The position numbers and the translations under genes were made by a program. A model generated the notes under the pieces. That model saw nothing but the letters and a program-made list of their open reading frames with translations, was not told the DNA's origin and did no database searches. A DNA stretch of 32,880 nucleotides, taken from positions 1 to 32,880 of the forward strand of contig JBJCIZ010000423.1 in the NCBI GenBank assembly GCA_051294375.1, written 5' to 3'. How positions within the stretch are numbered: position 1 is the first letter of the stretch; every line of letters begins with the position of its first letter. This document shows positions 11,707 to 21,344 of the stretch, piece by piece. This stretch comes from Paraspadella gotoi. Its lineage: Eukaryota > Animalia > Chaetognatha.

Positions 11707-12072
11707 TTTGCAAGTTGAAAAAATTATGCAAGTTTAAAAATTATACAAATTGAAAAATTATGCAAGTTGAAAAAATTATGCAAATTAAAAAAATATCAAG
11801 TTAAAAAAATTATGCAAGTTGAAAAATTATGCATTAAAAAATTATACAAGTTTAAAAAATTATGCAAGTTTAAAAAATTATGCAAGTTAAAAAATTATGC
11901 AAGTTGAAAAAATATGCAAGTTGAAAAAATAATGCAAGTTGAAAAAATTATGCAAATTGAAAAAAATTATGCAAGTTAAAAAATATGCAATTGAAAATTA
12001 TGCAATTAAAAAATTATGAAATTAAAAAATTATGCAAGTTAAAAAAATTATACAAGTTAAAAAAATTATACA
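11707..12072. repeat. AT-rich minisatellite, ~18-19 bp unit AAAAAATTATGCAAGTTG, about 20 copies
   Basis: Seen directly. Confidence 0.92.
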
Positions 12073-12389
12073 ATATTATATACTGCAATATGTAAATTAG
12101 ATTAAAGCATTTCTATATACTAATTTGGATATTATAATGAGTACTATAATTCATTTGCATATTGCAATAAATCATAATGAAGTGGAAATTCAAACAAAAA
12201 ATACTTAAATCCAAATGTAATAAGAAAATATCAAAGCTATTTAAGATGAGAAGCCATATCTAAATTTTTAACTTACTTTTGCACACTTTTGTAAAATTTA
12301 TCATAATTCATAATAATTTTTATTTTAAAAAAAATGGTAAGTCACAGCCAAACCTATAAAAGCATAGTAGATTTTATATAAAAACAGCG

Positions 12390-12590
12390 TGACGACGACA
12401 ACGACAACGTCACAAAGAAGCTCACCCGAAACAAAATCAAGCCTGAACCGACTTCGCCGGTCATGGCTCGATAAAAATGCAAAATTACTTGTTTCACTAC
12501 TATCTTTATTTAAATATATTATTATTTAAAGGTATGGGAGAAAAGACGGACAGACAGACAGATGGACAGACAGATGGACAGACAAATGTT
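12390..12590. mobile_element. Possible HINE/DINE-like remnant
   Basis: Hairpin ACCG-ACTTCGC-CGGT near 12447-12461 and (GACA/GATG)n tetranucleotide tract at 12545-12585. Confidence 0.3.
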
Positions 12591-13356
12591 TAAAGTTTTT
12601 GATATCAAACGACAGCTTAAACAAAGGAGATTCTGACTGCATTGTTTTTTAAGAGATATGTTGTTCACATATTATCGAATAAACCAATCTTTTTAGTTTG
12701 AATTCTGACGGCATTTATGTATTTAACTGTATCTTGAGAGCATTAAAAGATTTTGCATTAATTTTTATACATAACATTCACGGAGTAATGACCTAGGATG
12801 AGAAACAATAAAAAATGAAAAAATCAATAATGAATTTTTTTTTAACTGCATAGTTTATTCTACGAGACTGTACATCGCGTCATATCGGCATTCGAGGCGT
12901 CGTCCGTCCCTTGAATGTGTAACATAGGCTCTTTATGAATGTAAGCTGAATGATGGCGAAATTGATGAATAAAAAGTGGGGAAGAACATTTACAAACTTT
13001 ATTTTTAGTATTAATATCCATAAACAATCCCGTAAAACTCGTTGAGGACGGGCGATGCTATTTAGAAATTGGCAAAACAACGTACTAAATGTTTATCCTT
13101 AGTCTCGCCAAATTACAACTCAGAGAAAGACAGAATATCGACAAAGACCAACAAAAGACTGGTAAACGTATTGGCCGAATTCGTGAGGACAAATTAATAA
13201 CGATCAAAACTAAGAAATAACCGAGCCGAGGCATAATATTTGTCAACCGGTTTAGATAATCGTTTAGTAAAAACCCAATTGCATTGATAAATTTAAAAAT
13301 AACTTTGTACCATCTTTATAACGGTTGACTGTCTAATAAACATTTATTTTACTAAG

Positions 13357-13537
13357 CAATTTATGATAACATTTTCTTTGTTTCCACAAAGAATTTTTAA
13401 TGGAAAAATCACAGACATGTTTTGGTCTTAAATTAAATCATCAGTGTGATGAAGGTCTGAAATTTAAGGCAGAAACATGTCCGATTTTTTCATAAAAACT
13501 TCGTTGTGAAAACGAACAACTTTTCTTATATCAAATT
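13357..13537. mobile_element. Inverted pair of Penelope-like pseudo-LTR fragments, each with a degenerate hammerhead
   Basis: Diverged ~85-bp inverted arms centred near 13445. Minus arm CTGATGA..AAGACC-AAAACATGTC; plus arm GTGATGA-AGGTCT..AAGGCA-GAAACATGTC. Confidence 0.6.
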
Positions 13538-13852
13538 CTGAAACCAACGAAAAAGAAAAATATACTAATTTACGAAGCAAATATATTTTTATTTATTAAC
13601 CTCTAAATACAATTACATGGATGGCATTAAATAAAAATTTTCATACTTAATTTTATAAAAAAATTTATATAAATTGTTAGTTTAAGATGCAAACGGTTAA
13701 AGCGGATTGAAAAAACTACTAAAAAAAACTACATATAATGTCATAATTTTTCACAACAAAATCCATTGTATTAAACCTTTCTTTTGTTGTTTGTTGAGAT
13801 TAATTAAAAACGAAAATTTTTGTGGAACAACAATAAAGTTTTTTATTAACTT

Positions 13853-13891
13853 TGGACATGTTTCGGCTCACAACTCAAGCCTTCATCAACA
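13853..13891 (-). ncRNA. Minimal hammerhead ribozyme motif with C3-to-U change
   Basis: Minus strand TG-TTGATGA-A-GGCTT-GAGTTGT-GAGCC-GAAAC-AT-GTC-CA: stem II 5 bp, palindromic ACATGT stem III, GUC triplet, 2-bp stem I, followed by AATAAA. Confidence 0.6.
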
Positions 13892-14439
13892 TCCATATTT
13901 TTATAAAATAAGTCTGGGGCGACTTTAAATATCGAATTTTAATGACAATCACAAGAAATATTATAAGGATTGAAAATTCTAATACTTCATTAACGTCATG
14001 AAATCTTTGATTCTAGAAATCGGCTGCTCTGACACAAATTAACTTTTCTTGGACAAAGAGAAACAATAAATGTTTGTGCCTCTGTAGTTTTGATCACGTT
14101 GGCTGACTTTAGTTCTTATTTAAATAACGTTCAGTTTTTGGAACAGGTTGGCGAGTTTATTTATCAACAAACAATTTGGCGACGAGGAACGGAGATAAAA
14201 TGTTTGTTTCATAAAAATGAGGTGTGAAATTAATTCTTTAATTTCGAGATTAAAAATATAAAAACGTGAGTATAAAATCAATTAAAAATAAACCCCAACG
14301 GCGAGTTAAAAACGTTAAACGTTCTAGAGGCAACGACTTTCTCTCTCTCTAAAACATTGCTAAAGTTAAAAATAAGACGGATACCAATTGTCCCCCTTTT
14401 TCCCCCCCTTTTCTTCGCGACTGAATCAGTTGTAAAACT

Positions 14440-14576
14440 TTTCCCTATTATTTGGGCCGTCTCGATCGCGATTTCGTCCGCCGGTGACTCCGCGGACGTT
14501 GAACTTTCATTCCGCGCGGGAACGCACGCGTCGGCCGCCACGAGCGTCAAAACAATAAATATTTTCAATTTTGCAT
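14440..14576 (-). CDS. Possible first exon of a secreted protein (signal-peptide-like)
   Basis: ATG at 14576 plus one indel gives MQ.LKIFIVLTLVAADACVPARNESSTSAESPADEIAIETAQII; GC-rich coding-like composition. Confidence 0.35.
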
Positions 14577-14603
14577 TTTGTTTTAAAAAAATTGCAAACC
14601 ATT

Positions 14604-15185
14604 TTAAATGTAAGATTCGCAGTCAATTGTGATGTAACTGTATGAGGTTAGCTTTTTTAAATGCTCATTAGTCAATTCTTTACGTGTTGTCATGAGCGTT
14701 GAGACGGAATATTTTGTCCGTGTCGCTGATCCGAAACAGAACGTCTTCACGGCCTGCCCCCAAGACGACGTCCCGCAGCGGAGGACGACGAACCCTTTTG
14801 TCGGCCTCGTGTTTGTTGAAGACGTCGGGATCCGCGATAGAGAGCTGCGTGGCTTCATCATCGTCTGCAGGCTGTGGAGCGTCGCGGCGGACGAGAGCAA
14901 AACGGTAACTTTGGAGGCCGTCTGGCATGTCCCGTCGACTGGTCGCAGGGCATCCATCTCGCGCCGCAGGGCTTGAAGCAGTGCATCGAGATCGGGCGGC
15001 AGCACGCCGTCCGGGACAAATTTGGCGGGTTGTTGAGAAAGAAGTCCCGTATCTTCCGTGCCACTTCTTCATTCAAGGGCGTGACAACATGGCGATTAGA
15101 CCTTGCCAGAAAATTTAAAGTTTTTGATATAGCTCCTCAGTGAGTCCTCACTAATGACCATATTTTTTATAATAATCCTCATTGA
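14604..15185 (-). CDS. Frameshifted, intron-containing gene or pseudogene with a Gypsy Gag-like N-terminal segment
   Basis: Joining frames gives SNRHVVTPLNEEVARKIRDFFLNNPP..LPPDLDALLQALRREMDALRPVDG..MPDGLQSYRFALV..REDVLFRISDTDKIFRLNAHDNT|YITIDCESYI*. A 46-nt GT-AG intron at 14683-14638 with a CTAAC branch motif keeps the frame. Confidence 0.55.
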
Positions 15186-16125
15186 AAAAAATTTACAGAA
15201 AATACTGAAAAACTGAAAAATTAGGGTATTTCTTTCATATCTTAAATAGTATTAATGATATATGAAGGTAGGGGTAGCCCAACTCAATGGGAAAAGTTAA
15301 AAATTTAGAGCGAGTACATGCTCAAACGAATATTTAAAAATTTTTAAGAATACTTTCAATGGACAAAAAATTTTTAATTTGGCTTTATACTTTAGTAATT
15401 AGTTTTTTAATATTTATTTATAGATAGAAAAGGCCAAAAAATTTTTTATAATTTTTAAATTTTAAGACCAGATTCAGATAGTTCATAAAAAGTATAAAGT
15501 ATAATTCTTTTTAAATATTTTTATAAGTGTGTCAAAAATAAGAAAAACCGTAAAAATCATCATCTTTCAATGATTTTATCAGTTTTTTTATATTTTCACT
15601 TAGAAAATGTAAGAATTTTTAAAAGCTGTAATTATATTTCTTGTTTAACTTTTTATGCTCTATCAGAATTCATCAAAAAATTTTAGGATTTATACAGACT
15701 ATAGTATATAGTAATATAATATTTTTAATTAAGCGAGTACCCTCAGAAGAAAGTATTTTTGACAAAAAATATTTGAATACCATAATCTATGGTCATGATA
15801 GAGTATTTTAACGCTGTATACATTAGCAATTAAATTTCTTCGGCTATGTCTAATGAAGGAAACCAGTTTTAATCTTTAAAGCATCAAAAACTGTACATGT
15901 TAGATATCTTACTTGATGAAATGGAGACTAAATATGGATGGATGTCTTGCATTTAATTTATATTTTATTTTTAAAAAAATTTTAAAAATATAGATTAAAA
16001 CATTGTAGTTTCATTATCTAATCTTTATTCTTATGTTTGGAAAAAACAGTAAGAAACAAAAATGATAAATTTTGAGAAAAATTTTTTTATTAATTGCTAT
16101 TATTTTATGGTGGATTAAAATCCAC

Positions 16126-16325
16126 GAACCGTTCATCAGTGGCCATTGGTGCCGGAGGCAAGTCATTCGCCTCCCAACCCAAAGGTCCGGGATTCTAGCC
16201 CTGTGGCCGCCTAGCAGTTTAGAGGGATGGGGCGCTTAACCCGCCTGTAACACGGTGTTACAGCCTGATCCGAAGATCAGGGACTGCTTATATTGAACGG
16301 TTCTATCACTAACTCATAACAATAA
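16126..16325 (+). mobile_element. tRNA-derived SINE-like element with internal twister ribozyme
   Basis: Cloverleaf remnant 16141-16209: GGCCAT/GTGGCC acceptor, A box TGGTGCCGGAGG, CT-CCC-AA loop, degenerate B box GGATTCTAGCCC. The twister follows immediately, then a short CTAA/CATAA/CAATAA tail. Confidence 0.75.
16213..16288 (+). ncRNA. Twister ribozyme, P5-type
   Basis: AGCAGU-UUA-GAGG-GA-UGG-GGCGCU-U^AA-CCC-GC-CUGUAAC-ACGGU-GUUACAG-CCUGA-U-CCG-AA-GA-UCAGG-G-ACUGCU. P5, P3 and P4 perfect; T1 UGG/CCG. P2 is one nt short and T2 has a C-to-A mismatch. Predicted cut 16237/16238. Confidence 0.8.
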
Positions 16326-16785
16326 TTACTGTCTCTTCAATTTCTTACTATGACGTCAATTTATTTTTTTTGTTATGCGCTTGAAAAATAGGCTAAACCC
16401 AATAGAATCGGAATAATTGCATGACTACCATATATTTATTTGACATATACAGTAAATACAGCAAAATAAAAAAAATTCAAAAAGAATTATGACTAAGCGC
16501 TGCATTTATTTTCAGTATTTTTTAATCAAGAACCTTTATGGATTTTCTTGGTTCCGGCTGCATTGGATAGCCCAAACGATTCAGTTTCAGCAACCATCCA
16601 TGGTCTTGTAATATTTACTGCACTACTGGTGCAAAAATTGCTAAGAACCAAAACTATCAAAAAACCACTTCGTTCTTTCGGTTTTTTTCTAAGAGCGGAG
16701 TAACATACCTAACGTAACAAGAGATCGGCGTTGTTCGTCCAAAAGTTGGGGAGCTTGACTCACCCCATTGAGTGTGGTTACCCCT

Positions 16786-17295
16786 ATCTAAGTAGACGAA
16801 AATGACGGGGAGGCCCCGACAGACCGAATCCATGAGGCGATGGAAAGCTTGAGCGCCGTTCTTCAGGCCAAACGGCACCCGCAGGTACTCTATGAACCAA
16901 AAGGAGTGATTATTGCCGTCTTCGGGATGTCCGCCGGCGCCACCGGTATCTGATGATACCCTTTGAGAAGGTCGATCATTGGTCATGCCCGCCAAATCGG
17001 CAGAGAAATCGTGGAGGTGTTTAACCGGGTAGCGGTCATCCGTCGTCACTGCGTTAAGGCGGTGGTAATCACCACAGGCGCGGAAACCGCCATCGGACTT
17101 GGAGAGGCGACGCCCATGGACATGACAACGGGCGGTCGATGCCAAGCCGCTTCAATTCGGCGGACTCGGCCTTCGCCACCGCCAGCTTCTCCGTCGTGCC
17201 CTCGCGAAAACCGGGTGGCCTTGAGTCGGGATGTGATGAACCACGCCGTGCCCCAGCGCGGTGGAAGAGAACGTGGGCATCGTGAGCTCCGGACA
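16786..17295 (-). mobile_element. Ty3/Gypsy LTR retrotransposon pol fragment (reverse transcriptase), frameshifted and truncated
   Basis: Motifs across frames: [93 protein letters not shown] (cut at the YxDD motif). Confidence 0.93.
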
Positions 17296-17599
17296 ATCTG
17301 TCAAATCGGGCTCACCATTAAAGGAGCACTTATTATTGAAAACGTAAAGTTTACTATCTGGTAATAAACATGAGCGACAATTGAAAATTACAGAATTTAT
17401 ATATATCGCGATCGGACCTGATCGATCGATCCGGTTGTTTGTTTAAATGTACTAACTTACATTTAACAATTGGCTAAATGCAGTAAACCCTTACAATATA
17501 CATATTGAACGAAAGGTAGCACTGAGCAGTTTCTAACAATACAATGATAAATATTGTACATTAAATATTTCAAACGTAAATACTAAAAACGTATCAAAT

Positions 17600-17935
17600 T
17601 CATATGAAAAACAAAATCTGTGCTTTTAGTCCGATTTCCTCGGCTCGGCCAATGAGCTCTGAGGTGGAATATTTTTCCCTTGTCGTTGATCCGAATGAGA
17701 TGACGTCTTCACGAGCAGAAAAATGATTTTTTTTTTTAAACATGGTCCGGTCTGGAACAGATTCTGGACTCACAATCATAATCTTAAAAAAAAAATAACA
17801 AAAAAACACGTGGCGAGCAATTTCCACGGCAACCGTGGTTTGGAGGGAACATGGGCTGCTGCTGCTTACGCCGCTGGAGCAGCAGTACGCTGCTACTGAT
17901 AGAAAAGTGATATTGAGACACGATAACACGAAAAA
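17600..17935 (-). pseudogene. Paralogous fragment of the 14.4-15.2 kb gene region
   Basis: 17713-17652 encodes REDV.LIRINDKGKIFHLRAH versus REDVLFRISDTDKIFRLNAH at ~14750-14692. 17930-17810 encodes ITFLSVAAYCCSS..VAVEIAR, weakly like the 14.5-kb signal-peptide ORF. Confidence 0.5.
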
Positions 17936-18249
17936 TTATTTTGGTTTGATCGAGGACCCTGATCACAGCATTAGATGATTAGGGCGGTGTAAGAATTCTC
18001 GAGAGCGACTAGTACGCGACGAGCGAGCAAGTAGCGAAAACAGCGAAAACAGCGAAAAACAACCAAACCAGCTCATGTAAAAATAAACGTTTCACGATGA
18101 AACCATTGAAAACTAGACGGCCTTTGTCCCAGATTTGAAAAAGTTCAGACACTGAACTATCAAAATATCAATAATAAGGTAATGTTAACGTCGTCTTCAA
18201 AGGCAAATTAAAAGCCTCTAGTCATAAAAAGTTGGTTGTGGTTTTAGGG

Positions 18250-18580
18250 ACTGTGTTTAATGAGATAATTTAGCACAGCGAAATACAGCTTAGCCGCTTG
18301 GCAAACACTTAAACAAATATAATGTGATAGTTGTGAACGAAGTTCTCTTTGAGTATCACGCTAGACGAGGGACAGTTAAACTTGACATAAATTCTTAGAA
18401 ATGCTATGTATTATGTTTTCTATGGCTTTGATTTCAATATGCAAGACCTATATACCAATCGTTTCTTTGTTCCCTGGGCATAAGGAAGAATACCTAGTGC
18501 GACTGTAGAGGTTGAAATAGCTAATAACAGCTTTTAATTTATTTGTTGGGATCAGGTGCAAAAATAATTGGTAAATATAA
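18250..18580 (-). mobile_element. Possible very degenerate LINE (CR1/L2/Jockey-like) ORF2 C-terminal fragment
   Basis: Broken motifs EIKAIENI..AFLRI..YSKR..KRL..KII resemble the post-RT region; many stops. Confidence 0.25.
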
Positions 18581-20296
18581 GCAATGAACGGAACCATTTT
18601 CGAGTAGAGGACCGGTTATCTAGAAATGCTTAATATTGTCGCACCACGGACCATTATTTATAGGTCCTTTTTTGCATGTAGAAATGGAGTTCAACGATAG
18701 TCTCTAGCAGTAGGAAACCTGTACAACATAATTTATAAAAAATATTCGGCTTAGTATTACAGTAAAAACAAAAAAAGACAAATCAAGAGGAAACCGCTCG
18801 TGGAGTAATCGTTTTAGAATAGTCTTTAAATAACCTAACTAAACTAATTATATGAGAATTTATGTATGTTCTAGCCGATTTTACGATAACTAAAAACCAA
18901 TGATGAACGTAATCCAAAAACCAATTGTAGTTGGGGCAAGTATATTAATAAGCGCTACTGCGTGCAACTTTCGTGCGAGTGAAACCAAAACAAAGCTGGA
19001 AAAAATTTCGATCGCAGTCGAAATTTTTTTCTTCGCGAAGCGACATATCTACCTTGAATATTTCAGATACTTTGAATATATTTTGACTAAATTAATTATA
19101 AAACCAAAAAATAAAATTAATTTAAAAATTTATAAATCATTATGTAGGTCTCGTCTCGGAGTATCTTAGAAGCAAAAAGATAGGCAACCGTTCAATTAAT
19201 AACTGCGCTACGAGCAAATATTGTAAAAAATATTTTTAGGGTGCTGAGCGCAATTTTTTTGAATTTTTAAAAAATCCGTCCAATGGGGACACAAACTAAC
19301 TTCCCTGCATCTATTACTCAATAGTGAGCTGATTCAACTCCATTTGAAGATATCCGCTGCACTCCATTTTATTCGAGTAAAGAAAAAGTTACTGAAAAGA
19401 AAATATAAAATCATTTTTAAAAGTATTTTCCATAAGTGGTTAAAAATAAAAAAAACATATTAAATAGGGATTAGCAGTAATTTCGACGGAAATTTTTTAA
19501 TTTTCTATCGGCCGAAAAATAATAGGGAATTTGATTCCAAAAACAAAGCTTTTTGAAATATTACTGTATGGAAAATACTAAAGAAAGAAAATTTTATTTT
19601 TTAAATATAAGTAATGGTAAGGGGTAATCTAATAAAAATCGAAAAAAATCTTCAAAATAAGAAAAATATTGGAATATATAGAAAGCAATATTTCTTGTAT
19701 TGTTGCCCGGCAAAAAACTAGGCATTTCCTCGCAAACATGCTCGTTACAGGAGAAATAAAATGATTCTCTCAACAAATTGGGATCATTAATTATTCCCAA
19801 AAATGATGCGCAAAAATTCCGCCAGCAGCAGTTCTGCGATAGTCATTTTATATCAACTCCTAGTTCGATATTAAGGCCTATGAACATCATGTGTAGAAAC
19901 TGATATAAATATATTTATTATGAATCTTAAAAAATATCAGCCTTTTTTCTGCCTACGAAACATTTTTCTCCTTTGCTAAATAACATGATTACCAAAGTTA
20001 TTAATACAAGGTAATATCTTTAATTATAGCTTTTTTTTAACTAAGTTCAAATATATAACCTATAAAACCATTCGTTGATCCACAATTTCTGATACTTAAT
20101 ACAATGGTCCCACTGAATTTAACGTGTGTATTCTTTGTTTTTTTTTTAAATCAAGTGATTTAGATTATTTTCGGTATGCTTTTTCTTTGATTTAAAGAAC
20201 AAAACCGAAAAAATAATCGACTTAGAATCGGAAATTTGTATAAAAACTAAAAGAGAAAGGAAAAGGAGAAAATGGAAAGAGACTGAGGCGATAAGT

Positions 20297-21028
20297 GGCG
20301 AGTTTTACGTCAATTACGTGCCATTCTACCAAAGGATCTTAACTTAATAGCTTATTGGAAAATGAAAAAAAGTTTTTACGCCACAAAATAAATGATATTA
20401 ATATGTTTTCTGTTCTTTTACGCATCCATTCTAAAACGCCAAACCTGTATAAAAAAGGCCGAAAAATATTTAAATCAACTTAACTGTGTAGTTTTTATAG
20501 AAAATAACAAAGTCTTTACGCCACAGAATAGATATATATTTATATCATGTTTTTTTCTTTTCATTTTACGCCATTCTACGCCACATCTGTAAAAAAAGGC
20601 GGTAAATCTTAAAAACCACTAACCTGATATGACGTTTTACTAAAGAATAATCGGAAAGTCTTACGGCGCCACACATGATATCATATAAACGGTTTACTAC
20701 ATTAATTTCACGCCATTTTACCCACAATTGCTTTTCTCAAATTAAATATAAAACATTACACTTATTTAACATACTATATATTTTAAAAACTTTTTTTTAA
20801 ATCATTAACCGCCAACATATGTAACTAGGAAATAATCATTTTGGCTACTTTTTAAAAGCCACCACGCCAAACAAACCACGTAAAAAAAAAGAAAAAATCA
20901 AATCTGAACCAATACTATATGTATTCTTTAATTAAACAAAAAGCGTTTCAAAAAATGTTGTTAATACCTTGACAGCAGTAAGGAGACAGAAACGTACTCC
21001 AAATTGACGTAAAATCATTGGCGTAATC
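20297..21028. mobile_element. MITE-like element with internal ~145-bp tandem units
   Basis: Inverted TTTTACGTCAATT (20303-20315) / AATTGACGTAAAA (21002-21014); recurring TTTTACGCCA motifs in about three diverged units. Confidence 0.5.
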
Positions 21029-21344
21029 ATAATCCTTAAAAGTTATAAAACTTGAAATTAACGATTAATAATACACTCATTAGGCTTAATATAAGGTTTA
21101 AAACCATCGAATGAGAAAAATCAGTATTTTTAAATTTGTGCAACACGCTATTTAATATATATAAAATTAATTTTCAGCTTAAAATACTAGCCTTTTTCTA
21201 ATTTGACCACTTAATGAACGGGAATATTTTCAAAAAGAAGTTATATTTCTTTGTCAACTTTTATGACGGAATCAATATCTGCAAAAAAATCTTAGAAAAA
21301 AACCTCTTTTGAGAATTTTAACATGTATTGGGTTTATACTATAT

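Noticed and set aside
16950-16976. CTGATGA hammerhead-like core
   Set aside because: It is the antisense of the RT motif DLLKGYHQI and lacks GAAA
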